Source: Vicugna vicugna
Lineage: Eukaryota
Direction: 5' to 3'
Assembly (NCBI GenBank): GCA_013265495.1
Contig: MU059259.1
Coordinates: 558,001-622,000, forward strand
DNA: 64,000 nucleotides
In this document: one piece after another, positions 1-11,400 of the stretch
Position numbering within the stretch: the first letter of the stretch is position 1
Layout of the letters: the number at the start of each line of letters is the position of its first letter
Translations under genes and position numbers: made by a program
The notes under the pieces: model-generated
What the model saw: the letters and a program-made list of their open reading frames with translations, nothing else
What the model was told of the DNA's origin: nothing
Database searches by the model: none

Positions 1-329
1 CCCTCCAGGCCACAGCTGGCATCTGGCCAGAACACCCCTCCCTCCCCTTCACCCTCACCCCGAGCCCTGAGCTCTGCCATCCCTGCAGCCCACCTCCAGG
101 AGGGCTCAGTGAGGAGCCAACCTCACAGAGGAGGAAGGTCCGGGGTCCCACCAGGGCCACCAGCAGTGCAGTGGCCAAGCCAGGCCAGGGCCGGGGCTCT
201 CTGGAGGCTTCTCCTCTGGGCTCTGTGGTGTCTAGGGACGCACCTGCCCCTGAGTGGCCAAACCTCTGAGCCCCACTGTGGCAGAGCCGTGGCTCTGACT
301 GATGGACACCAGCGCCGGGGGAGGCCCAC

Positions 330-521
330 CAAGACGGACGTCTCCAGCTGCTGCCGCCTGAGCCTGCCCTCCGCGGCCAGCAGCTGGCCCTCGCGCTGGA
401 ACAGCTGCAGCTGCAGCTCGTCTGCCTTCTCGCTCAGCTCGCGGACCTGCTTCCGCAGCGCATCCTTCTCCTGCAGGTTGCGGGCGTGCTGCGCGTGCAG
501 CTCCTCCTGCCTCGCGATGGC
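330..521 (-). CDS. CARD9: CARD9 exon 8
   Basis: [29 protein letters not shown]...QQLETSVL. Confidence 0.95.
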
Positions 522-3500
522 CTGGGGGTGGGGTGCAGCTCAGGGACCCCTGCAGAGCGCAGCCTGGTCCCCTTTCCCCCGCCCCCAGCCCACATGGGGG
601 TACTTTCACTTCTCCCCCCCTCCCCAGCACTCTCACTTCTCTGCACAGCCCGCCCGATTTCTAGCAATGTTCCCTGAAGAACTTCCAGCAACGAGTGGGG
701 CAGGGGGGCAGGTGACACATGCGCCCACCTCTTCCTCTTTCTTCTCTGTGGACGTCATTCGTGTTTAGGGGGTTTTAAACATAATACAGGCTCACGATGG
801 AAAGGGTGGACCATTAAGAAAATACAAAGAAGACAATAACCCTCAGCCTAGTCCCTGCTGACCTGCGTGACTGGTCTCCAAGTCCTGCTCCCTGTGCAGA
901 CATCCCGCACGGGTTTACGCCACACGTGCGTTTTACACATTTTGGGTGTGGCTTGATATCAAAAAGGAGATTGTTGACAGCACTGTAAGATTCTTTAAAA
1001 AGAACGCCCCTTGCTTTATCATGCCCACTCTCCACCGGGGGGCATCGAGGTGTGAGAATGAACTTGCAGAGGCACAACGGCCAGACCAGGAGGCTGGCCC
1101 ACGACCTACAGTGACCGGCCCAGGAGGGAGCGACTGCAAGTCAGACTTGTAGGAAGCCAGCCTGTGTCTCCAGCAACAATCCAGGAAGCTAAACCATATC
1201 CCTGTGTCGGTTGACGCCAAACGACCAGGGCTTGATTAATAACAGAACTGCCCTAATTTCTGTGCCTGCTTCCAATGTAGGACCAACCAGAGAAAACCCT
1301 CCTGCTCACCTGCGGGGCCCGCCCCCCAGCTTCCCAAGGCAGATGGCACACCTGTGGCTGCCCTCCTCCGCCTGCCCTGAGGCGGTGCAGGGCCCCTGCT
1401 CCGGCAGCTCTGGCGCATGGCTGCACCCATTTACAGGTGCTGCCCCAGACCTCACCATTGTCCATGGCCCTTAGATAACACCCACACACCAGGCTTTTCC
1501 TGAGTTACTGTTATTCCCACCAGAGAGGTTTCCGGAAGTGGAATCGCTGGGTTAAAGGGGTCTGCATCTAAGGCTGCGGATCGCCCTGCAGATCTCTGCC
1601 GCACCAGCTGTAACTGATTAGAAACGAGCCTAGCAATGGGATGGCAAAATGACGGGAAACAGTAGAGCAGATGCAGCCCTCCCCACGCTAGGATGCTGCC
1701 TCCTACCCATGCCCACGAGAATGCCGCCAGCCAAGGTGCCACTGCTAAAAATGTATTTGCGAGACAAGTCAGGAAGCTTCTATTTTTGTAAAAACAAAAA
1801 TGAAACTACCCAGATACTGAAGAGAGTCTGGTACGTCCAGCAGGAGAAGGTGGACCATGGATTTTGGGGCAGTGGGGTGGGGTGCAGCTGGCAGAGGGAT
1901 AGCCACTTCCTGGGGTTCTCATCTGTCATTGACATCTTGACGGCGGCCTCCCCTTGAGAAGTCATTGCATGGGTGGTGGGGCTGGGAGGCCCTACCTGGT
2001 CCCGCTCGATGGCGACCTCCTCCATCTGCTGCAGGATGGCCTCGATGCGATCCTTGTACATCTTGGAGTCCTTCCGCAGGGCCAAGCACTGCAGCTCGAA
2101 CATTTCCTTCTCCTCCATGCACTGTGGGAGATGGTAGCTAGTCCCCTGCCCTCGGCCCCCATCCTGGCCCGGGTCAGGCCAGTTGGGATGGGATGGGGGA
2201 GGGGGGAAGGGGGAGGAGAGAGGGGGAGGAATTGCTTGAGCCCCGAGGTCCCCACCAGGCCTGAGCTTCACCAAAGGTTGGCCGTGAGCCTGCTGGGTGA
2301 GGAGGCTGGGCCCCTACCTCCAGGAAGCGGGAGTAGGGGGCCGTCGAGCTGAGAGGCCGCCCCACTTCCAGGCATGTGCAGCCCAGTTCCCTCTCTACCT
2401 GCCTGCCCGTTGCGTACCCGGGCACGCAAGGCCTCGGCCTGGCGCAGATCCTTGCGCAGGGAGAAGATGGTGCTGGTCTGCTCCTGGTGGTCCCGCAGCG
2501 CCTGCCGCCAGTCCTCCTCCAGCACCTGGATGTAGGGGCTGCTCTTGTCCGGCTTCCCTTCCTGTGGGCAATGAAGGGAGATGGCGGAGGGGACGCCTGG
2601 CTGGGAGACCCAGGCCTGGCTGCCCTGTGCCCGCCCCACGCCGCCCCGGCTGGGCCCCCACCTGCACGGAGGCCTCCAGCCCCTGCACCCGCGCCTGCAG
2701 CAGCGCCTTCTCCTGCTGCAGCTCCCACAGCAGCTCCTGGCTGGGCCGCTGCTCCATGGCATGCCTGAGCTTCAGCGTGTGCTTGCGCTCCACCGAGCAG
2801 TCGTCCTCTGCCTTCATGAGGCTGTGCTTGAGCCGGTCGATCTGCGGGACCAGCTGTCAGCCAGGACCGCGGGACCCGCCGCCTGGCCCCCACCCCGAGC
2901 AGCCCGGCCGTGAGCAGGGGCGGGCAGGCACCTCCAGCTGCAGGTCACGGTTCCGCATGAGCGCGGCGCCCCTCTCCTCGCTCTGGCGGGCCAGGCGCAT
3001 GGCCAGGTCATAGTTGTCCTCCTTGCAGCGCTGGAGCTCGCGGCTGCCCGCCTCGCAAGCCTCCTTGAGCCGCTGCACGCGCTCCTGGTGCTTGCGCAGC
3101 AGGCTGTCCTTCACCCGCAGCTCCTTGATCAGGTCATCCTTGGAGCTCAGCAGCACTGTCAGGTCCTGCACCTTCTTCTGCAGCTTCATCACCTCGCTCA
3201 TCAGCAGCTGCGTCAGGCCCGACTCCCCGGACGCATCTGTGGACCAGACAGGCATCAGTCGGGGTGCCCCTCGCCTCCCGAGCCTCCACTCGAAGGGTCA
3301 AATCCAGGATGCTGCAGCTCCCCATCGAGGAAAGGAACTGAGCTCTGACTCACTGCTCGGACCTGTTCCCACCCCCTCCCAGGACAGGGCTTCCCTCTTT
3401 GTCTAATTTTGTTATCTTGATTGAGAGGCAACTCAGGGCCAGGAGGGCCTTGCTCCACCAGCTGCTGGGGCCAGCAGGCCCCATCTTGCCAGGGGCAGAT

Positions 3501-4234
3501 GGTCTTCTGGGCCACGAATCAGCCTGTGCACCCCACCTCCCACCTGTTAACCCTCCGGGATGGGAGTGAGGCCAGACAGGGCCCCATGGTGGCACCCTTT
3601 CCCGCGAGGCTCACCTGTTTCCTTTTCATCTGCAATGTATCCGTCAGGGGGCCAGGTGGGAAGGGGCCCACCAGCCCCACCCCTAGGCCGGCCCCACCCC
3701 GTCCCCTTGAGGCTCCCATGCCGCCCCGCCTCCAGTGTCCCCAGGCCAGGTCCCATTCCTCACCGATGATCATGGAGAAGACGCGGGTGGGCTCCTTGCC
3801 TGTGACCCTCTTGTAGAGCTGTGGGTAGTACAGTTCCAGGCTCTCAAGGAAGGCCACGTAGCCCTTGTGGCCAGTCCGCTGCAGGATGTCCAGGAGCACA
3901 CCTGCAAACCAGAGAGGCCCAGCTGAGCCTGAGCGGGTTAGGCAGACAGAGGGACAGGGCTCGGGGGCCGGGAAGTCCCCATTGCCACCCTGCAGTTGGG
4001 GTTGCAGTGCGCTCCAGGGCAGGTGCAGGGCCGGGACCGCCAGCACTGACCCACTTTCCGCTTGCGGATGACCAGGTTGGGGTCGCTGAGCACCTGCTCC
4101 TCATCGTCAGGGTTCAGGACCTTGCACTGCCGCAGGTAGGGGGTGATGCGGGCGGGGTCGATGACCGCGATGAGCTTTACGCGGAAGCCTTCCAGGGCAC
4201 TCCAACACTCGTCCTCGTTCTCGTAGTCGGACAT
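330..4234 (-). CDS. CARD9: CARD9, partial (coding exons 2-8; 3' exons lie beyond the left edge)
   Basis: join(complement 4051-4234, 3764-3901, 2932-3236, 2662-2841, 2418-2561, 1996-2121, 330-521) = 1269 nt, 423 codons, all GT-AG. Starts [37 protein letters not shown] (CARD domain; C10/H73 zinc ligands, K125 and T231 kept), followed by coiled coil. Confidence 0.98.
1996..2121 (-). CDS. CARD9: CARD9 exon 7
   Basis: [12 protein letters not shown]...AIERDQ. Confidence 0.96.
2418..2561 (-). CDS. CARD9: CARD9 exon 6
   Basis: [18 protein letters not shown]...AEALRAR. Confidence 0.96.
2662..2841 (-). CDS. CARD9: CARD9 exon 5
   Basis: [14 protein letters not shown]...GLEASVQ. Confidence 0.96.
2932..3236 (-). 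CDS. CARD9: CARD9 exon 4
   Basis: [13 protein letters not shown]...RNRDLQLE. Confidence 0.97.
3764..3901 (-). CDS. CARD9: CARD9 exon 3
   Basis: [13 protein letters not shown]...VFSMII; tttgcag acceptor, GTGAG donor. Confidence 0.97.
4051..4234 (-). CDS. CARD9: CARD9 exon 2 (ATG at 4234)
   Basis: [10 protein letters not shown]...IRKRKVG; donor GTCAGT at 4050. Confidence 0.97.
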
Positions 4235-5655
4235 GGCTGCCGGGGGTGGTCGGGGGATGCTTGCCACAGTCCTAGTCCTGACCCAGGCCTGCCACCTCGA
4301 TGCCTGCCAGGGCTCTGGACACAGCCAGACAGGAACTCAGCCCAGGGGACTCCAGGAGAGGTGTCGTCAAGAGAGGAAGCACCCCGCTCCCATCAGCTCA
4401 CCCGGTCCTGGGCTTTCTTTCTTCCCAGTCACCCCAGTAAGCGTGGAGGAGGATGTGGGGATGCTCCAGGGACAGGTGGCATCTAAGAGAGCACTCTTCC
4501 CTGCACTGTGGCCCTCCTCTGGCCTCTGCCCCCCCGAACCCCCTGAAGTGTTGTGGGGCTCCCTTCCACCCATGGAGGTGAGGGGTCGGGAGGAGCGGGT
4601 ACAGCCACCCTGGCAGGTGTGGGTGGGACCCCGGCTCCAGCCCCCAGCTGGCCAGTGCCCCAGCTGGGGCCAGAAGCTGGTTGACCTGGGACCCTGCCAC
4701 CTGCCAGGCACCAGGCTGTGCTGCTGGGGACTTCCTCATTCCCCGACAGTGCCTGCTCACATCCAGTCCCGTCCCCTCCTCTCCTTCCGGCGGCTGCTGG
4801 TGATGCAACGGTCATCCAGCTGCTGCGGGGGCCAGCCTGCTCCAGGTCAGGCTCAGCGACACGGTGCCCTTTGGGACAGCTGACTGTGGACGGCCCACAG
4901 GAGTGCCAGGGCCCCAGCACACTGGAGGGCGGACTGTGTCGCCCATGGCTGGCCCGGGATGCGGCTCCATGCCGCATCCAGGCTCTCAGGTCCTGGCCAC
5001 CAGCCATCCCTGGGATCCTCTCCACCTCCCAGGTGAGGCCTGCTCTTGGCCACACTCTGGGGGACTGTCATGCCAGCTCTCTGCCTGGGAACCCTCTACA
5101 TAGGAAGCACCCACGGCTGTTCTCTTCCACCAGTGGGCAGGAAGCCACTTTCTCCAGGGCCGGGCTGAGCTGGGAGCAGCCACGTGGTCGTGCCTTGTCC
5201 CGGCAGTGGGGATAGAGACCCTGACTGGCGACCTCAAACTGAGCCTTCAACCTGCACAGGAGTGGTTTCCAGCCCAGAGGACCTAGACCGCGCTCCTAGA
5301 GATGCGGGTGGCAGCGGGCCTGGTTTGCTGCGGGGTCTAACTTCCCGCTGCTCTCAGCCAGCCGGCCTGCTGGGTGACAGACACGGTGTTGAATGAGAAC
5401 AGCAGCAACTTGCTGCACAGTCTTTGGAGCATTTGGCCTGTTCCCTGCCTTTCTGGCCTAAAGTCCACAGGTCCCACACCTGACGCCCTGCTGCTAATTC
5501 CACTGAAATGACAGCAGGTACAGATGGCTGTGAAGGGGGGCAGGGCATCCCTCTGGGGTATTTGCTCCAGACCCCGCTCCCTGCCCCCAGGAGTCCTGAG
5601 CTGAGCCACTGAGGATTCCTAGCCACCCTTCAGAAAGGGCAACAGACCAGCCTAC

Positions 5656-5760
5656 CTCAGGGTCCTCCCGGGGCACCCGCGTAGCTGGTCGCAAGTCAGC
5701 CTGGAGTGGTAGGAGGCGCCGCTGGCTGCTGGGAGGTGAGGGAGGGCGGGGCCGTGGAGC
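5656..5760 (-). other. CARD9: CARD9 non-coding exon 1 (5' boundary approximate)
   Basis: Donor CTGAG|GTAGGC at 5655 about 1.4 kb upstream of the ATG exon; a non-coding first exon is the known architecture. Confidence 0.65.
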
Positions 5761-5769
5761 CGGGATGGG

Positions 5770-5930
5770 GGCCTGTGCACTTCCTGATGGTTCTGGTTAA
5801 CCCCAGGCCGGCCAGTCCTCCCGTGGGGGACGACCCTGCGGCTGCCTTCTGAGTCGCCCTGGGCGGCCCCAGGAGAAGGCGGCAAGAGGGAAGTGGAAGT
5901 CGCCTGCTCTCCGAGGAAAGTGTCTGGTCA
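5770..5930 (-). promoter_or_regulatory. Putative CARD9 myeloid promoter with ETS/PU.1-type GGAA sites
   Basis: CACTTCCTG 5778-5786; GAGGGAAGTGGAAGT 5886-5900; immediately upstream of exon 1. Confidence 0.5.
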
Positions 5931-6809
5931 GAGCCCTCCCCGGGGCGTGGGGGTCCTGGGACCTGCCCTGGAGGCCCAGCCCTGACCCTAAGAAGTTCCA
6001 TCAAGGCTCTCCCAGGGCTGGATGAGACCAAGCCACCTTCCAGTCCACTTGGGCCCCTAAGGACTGCAGTGTGGTGTCCAAGAGGTCATGGGCCCGGCCA
6101 CGCTTGCCCCACACCACCACCAGCCCCCACTGCAGCTGGTACCCTGTCCCTTCCTGAGAGCATCCCCACTCTGCAGCCCCCTCCCCCAGGATACAGGTGA
6201 CACAGGAGGCAGGACCCGGACTCTGAGGCCACTCCCTATGGCCCCCAAGCCAGTTTCTCAAGGACTGTAGACAGCTGGGCAAAGCTTGGGCCAACAACCA
6301 TAGCACCAGTCCTCTGTGGAGGGTACTCCCCAGGCCCCCACCCCTGGCTGCGAGCTGTGTCCTGACAAGCAGGACTGCCCAGGCCCCACCTCACCAGGGC
6401 AGCCTTACTGGTTGGACTGAGTTGCCACCTGCCAGGCTGAGGCAACAGCTCCGGGAAGGGGCTGAGGGTGGGCGGGCAAGGAGGCAGCCTGACGGGTGCT
6501 CCTGGCTCCACCATCCTGAGGCGGCTCCCTTTTGCATAGCCAGCCCTTCCAGTGGGGTCCTGTACCTCAGCCTCGGGGTTCTCTGCCTCCTGGCCCACGG
6601 CGGTCAGTCCAGGCGCTGCTGACCTACAGTGGCAGCATGGTGGCCTGGCCTTCCTGCAGGCCTCCCAGAGGCCCGACACACCCTCCAAACGCAGTCCCCT
6701 GGCCCCTGGTGGGGGGGGGGCACAGTCTGGGGGCTCGTGCCTGGGCCCTCAATGACCCAGCACTTCCCCACTTTGCGAACGGAGACTGATGAAGGGAGCT
6801 GCCTCAGGG

Positions 6810-6945
6810 TGTGTTCAAGAATTGAAAATGCTGTTTTCTGACCACACTGGAATCAAGCTGGAAATCAGTAACAGAAAGACATCTGGAAAATCACTACGGA
6901 CTTGGAAATTAAACAGCAAACCTTTGAAACAACCCACAGAGTGTG
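6810..6945 (+). mobile_element. LINE-1 ORF2 fragment
   Basis: Translates as FSDHTGIKLEISNRKTSGKSLRTWKLN, matching the end of the L1 endonuclease region. Confidence 0.8.
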
Positions 6946-7289
6946 AGCACAGAGCTGGGGTAACGCTGGTGTCGCGGGGACGGGGACTGCTGTTTGGGGC
7001 CGGGGCGGGGGAGGGGTGTGTGTGATAAATCTGTGAAAACCAAGGGAAGCAGCTCGCAAAAGAGCCAAGCTCCTGGGAGAACCGAGTGCTGAGGAAGGTG
7101 TAAACCTGGGTGCGTGCTGGGCAGCCTGCTGGGAGCAGGCCCTCAGCCTGAGGGCCAGAGTGCCAGGCGCTCCTCGTGAAAGGGCAAACCCCTGCTCTTC
7201 CCACATGCCTCATGGAGGCCCAGGATGCCGGGGACGCCCCTCCCCTTTACGTGCCGCCAAGCACCTCAGGAAAGACCAACAAGACCCTG

Positions 7290-7657
7290 CATGGTTTGCT
7301 TTTAATTAAAAAAACCAGGACATTTCTTTATTTCTTCCAATATTCTGATCTGCACTTATGGACCAGCTGAGCCAGTCACAACATGGTCACTGTCGGCAGA
7401 GCCTCCATCATCCTCCTGCGGGGTAGGCACAGGCTCCCAGTCCTGCCGGCAGCAGCGGTGGATGTCTGGCCCGGGCAGTCCTGGAACACGACCACACTGA
7501 GGGCAGGGCACCCTGACCCTCCTTGGACCCCACGGTGCCACAGTGGAGGGACAGCACTCTGCTCCGTGGTCCATGGCGGGGTTGCAGCAAGGTCTCGCCG
7601 CCCACTTGTGGTCCATGGAGGGGGCTGTGCTGGCAGGCCCTGGAGCCGAAGCAGGCT
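7290..7657 (-). other. SNAPC4: SNAPC4 terminal non-coding exon / 3' UTR (acceptor uncertain, 7496 or 7657)
   Basis: A donor lies 8 nt after the stop in exon 23; poly(A) signals at 7301-7332; candidate acceptors cccatttag (7658) and ctgccctcag (7497). Confidence 0.5.
7301..7332 (-). terminator. SNAPC4 polyadenylation signals
   Basis: AATAAA (tttatt 7327-7332) and ATTAAA (tttaat 7301-7306), with a GU-rich element downstream on the - strand. Confidence 0.7.
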
Positions 7658-8292
7658 CTAAATGGGCTCACCCCAGAGACCCCCTCTGTGGCCCCCCCAG
7701 CCCAGGGCTCACCGCTCCCTCTCCACCTACTCCAAGATGCAGAGCTCTCAGCACAACCCCCTCAACGCTCAGAGGACCCAACTCCTGCCTCTAGGAATGT
7801 CCTCCCGGGGCCTATTCGGTGCCTGCTACCCAGGCACTGTGCACCCAGCAGCCGAGAGCCAAGGGCCTGCCCTTAGAGGCTCACATTCATGGGGAAGACA
7901 GTGAACAAATTCACCATAGACCATGCAGGGGGTCAGGGTGGGGCAAGTGCCGTGGGAACAGATGGGCCCTAGGACAGCGATGCTACCTCAGGGCGGTCGG
8001 GGAGGGCGTGTCTGAGGAGCCGACCACTGAGCAGACCAGAATGGAGAGATGGACAAGCCTTGGAGACAGACAGGAAGGAGAGTGCGAGGCAGAGGGACAG
8101 CAGTGCAAAGGCCCTGAGGCACACGTCACCGACAGGAAGGAAGCACTAGTGGCTGGGGAGTGGAGCCAGTGGGGTGTGGGTCCCATCTATGCCCACACCC
8201 ACCCTGTGACACTGCCACACTGAGGTGAGCCCTGAGGCTCCCACATGCCCAGGGCAGAGCCGAAGGAAGACCCCTGGCACTCACCCCGCCAC

Positions 8293-8409
8293 TCATACCA
8301 GCTTCCTCCGCTTTCGGGCGTGCCGGGCATGCCGGGTCCTGAGTACGTCAAGGTCGTCAGAGCTGTCCAGACAGGAGGGGGCAGAGCCCTGGCCCTGGTC
8401 TGGGACTCC
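8293..8409 (-). CDS. SNAPC4: SNAPC4 exon 23 coding part (TGA at 8293-8295)
   Basis: [38 protein letters not shown]. Confidence 0.94.
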   Translation of the reverse strand, partial: GVPDQGQGSAPSCLDSSDDLDVLRTRHARHARKRRKLV

Positions 8410-11400
8410 CTGAAACAAAGTCCAGGCAGAGGGGGACAAAAGTGACCCTCTAGCCAGTACAGGCAGGGGCCAGGGTGGCAGTGGGGAGCAGGGAGGAGCC
8501 TTTGGAACCAGGACAGGCAGCTCCTCAGACTCATCCTGGCTGGGAACGAGCAGCTCTTCAGGTGAGCCAAGGCCCCAGCAGCGGGAGCCACTCCAGGCTG
8601 GGCCTGGTGACAGCGACACACCCAAGGGTGTGACAGAGAAGGATGGGAGAAGCGCTGCCTTACGGAGCCACAAGTGGGCTCTGGCTTTCTGCTGACCCCT
8701 CCCTGACTTGGGGGCTCCAATCCCCTCTGAGCAACCCCCCAATAGCTAGCCTGTCACGGTTCCCCTGAGCAGGGCCAGCAGGGCTTGGGCCAAGGTGGGT
8801 AGGTGCTGGAGGCTGCCCAGGCCGTGGGGCACAGGGAGCCTCTTCCCCTCGGGACCTGGGCTCCTGTTGTGCTTCCACTTTGCTCCAGCCCAGAAGGCAG
8901 CCCTGGGGCTCCTGAGGCAATGGTCTTGGGGAGGGCAGTATGGCCCCTGCCTCCCTATCCTCCTGGTAACACATAGAGGGGAGCCCCAGGCTCAACAGGT
9001 CCAGTGCCACAGACACCCCAAGTGAACAGGAGGGACAGCTCCTGGGGGTTCTCCAGGAGGGTCACTACATACTCCCCAGACAACACTGGCCAAGTCCTGG
9101 GCGACCTCCCTGATTTGGTAGTCGCGAGGTGACCCGGCCGTCCTGCTTGGCCCAGACAACAGGGGCCAGGGGTTCCCTGGTGCACACAGCCCCAGGGGGC
9201 TAGAGGACACCTTCCCATGCATCTGTTATCAGGTTTCTTGTCAGTCAACAGGGACACAATCCCCCTTCTGTAGCTTAGAAGACTTGGCAGACAGAGCCAG
9301 GTTCGGCACCTGGAAGGACTGTGGTGTCTGTGAAGTGCAGGTATCCCTGTGGCCCCCACAGGAGTGTGTGTGTGTATGTGTGTGGGCACAACGCATGTAT
9401 GCATGGCAGGGCGCAGAAACCCACGGCGGCTCCCCAGCTCAAGACGGGGCCGGCGGCCCCAGGCGGGCAGAAGCAATGTCCCTGCTGCAGAGAATCCGCC
9501 CGCCACTGGGCACCTTGGAGCAGCCTCTTCCTCTTCAGAAACCAGCTAGCCAGCCCTCCTGGCCGCGACTTCCACCTGCTCCCACCCGCAGGTGCTTGGG
9601 GTGGCAAGACAGCCACAGGTGGGTGGGGTGCTGTGGGGGCTGCAGCTGCTGCAGGGAGGTGGGGTGAGGGCTCCGCACCCAGGACCACCTACCTGGGCGG
9701 GGCTGGCGTGGACACTGCTCGCCCAGCCCCTCTGCTGCCCACTGTCGTCCTTGTGGACGTCATCGTCGTCACTCTCAGGCTCAGCCCTCATGGCTGCTGA
9801 CAAGGTGGTGGGGACACTGGGCGGGGACAGGGTGGCCAGGAGCGCAGGGAGGGTGAAGGCCGCCAGGAACCGCGCCTTCAGCAGCAGGTGGGCCGGGCTA
9901 TCCTGGAGCCGCTCCCGCGCCTGCTGCAGCGAGGCCTGCAGGGCTCCGGCTGCCCTGCCGGGCACAAGGGCAGCGGCTCGCTGTTCTAGGTCCTTCTTGC
10001 GGAGCAGGAGGCCAGACAGCACCCGCAAGCTGCACAGGGTTGGGGGCTGGTAGGGCAGCCTGCTCCCCAGTGGGGGCACACACACCCCACACCGTCCCCT
10101 CAGCCACTCCCTCACGGCTGCCTCGCTCTCCTGGGAGAGAAGGCCCAGGTCCAGGGCACCCTTCTCAGGCCCAGGCTGAGGCCTCCTGGGCTCCCCGGGC
10201 CCTGGTGTCTCTCCTGGGCCACTGCCACCTGACAGAGGCAGCTGGCTAGACTGGAAGGGCTCTGCTTCAGGGTGGTGAGCCAGCAGCATGGCCTGGGAGA
10301 ATGTCCTGGGCACAGCTGTCTCCCCGGCTACCTGGACCTCTGCGGGGGAGGAGAGTCCCTCGGGGTCCTGGGCCCTGGTGCCGTCCACCTCTGTAGGGCT
10401 TTGGGATGTGGAGGGCCTCCGAAGGGTCAAGAGGTCTGTCCCTGAGGGAGGGTCTGACGCTGTGTCCATGTTGGCTGGGGGCTGCCCAGGGAGTCCAGGG
10501 CCCTGGGCTGCAGGAGGCTCAGTTAGGGAGGGCGGCGGAGTCACCGACAGCCCTCTGGGGTCAGGGGTCCCTGCTGACGTCGGAAGGCCTACCACAGCTG
10601 GCACAGGCACAGGGAGCAGCCCCTGGGCTGTGAGCACCCAGGTGACAGGCAGAGGGGTGCTGGCCCCGTGTGTGCCCAGAGCCGGAATCAGGCTGAGAGG
10701 CTGGGCAGGCAGCTGAGCAGGGCTGGGGGCTGCAGGGAGAAAGGGAGGTGCCTCGGGCAGGCCCTGCTTCCGGGACGTGGCAGGCACCTGAGACTGTCCG
10801 AGGAGGCTCAGGTGGTGGCTCACAGGGCCCTGGCTGGGGCCCAGAACTGGGGCCCTGGATGCAGCTGGGGTCGTTCTGGCTCCCGTGGAGGCTGGGGTGA
10901 GGGCAAAGGCTTGCAGAGACAGGGGTCTCTCATCCGAGGCTGAGGCCCAGGAGCCTGGAGCACTCAGACTGGCCACTGCAGGGCTCCCGGGCCCAGAGAG
11001 CACTGCATTTGACACAGGGGGGCCTTGAGGGGCCAGCGGCTGGAGGACCACGGGTGAGGAGACCAGCACCTGGGGCGGGAGAACCACCCGGCTCTGGGCA
11101 GCCTTCCTGGCTCGGGCCTCCCGCAGCCGCTTCTCCCGAAGCAGCTCAGACACAGTTTTGGGCTTGGGCCGGGGTCCGCTCAGAGCTGGCGGGGGCACCC
11201 GTGGAGTGGGCTTGGCGTGGTGAGGCTGCAGCACTGCACCCTCTTCATGGCTGGCACTCTTCTTTGCAGCTCCGCGAGCTGGCACATTCTGCAAGAGGCA
11301 GCCTGCAGGGAGGATGGAACACATGCTGACAAACCCCAGGTGACTGGCCCAGAAACAGGACTTGCCTCGTGTCCTGGTGGAAGGACCCTCATGGTGGGCA

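Noticed and set aside
4235-4267. N-terminal extension of CARD9 (MASIPRPPPAA)
   Set aside because: The ORF-track start is a GTG that probably lies partly in intron 1. The conserved ATG is at 4234 in good context (GCCATG).
11289-11290. Acceptor at 11289 as the main start of SNAPC4 exon 22
   Set aside because: Its phase is incompatible with the 28-nt exon 21; the acceptor at 11303 keeps the frame. It is retained only as a possible alternative.
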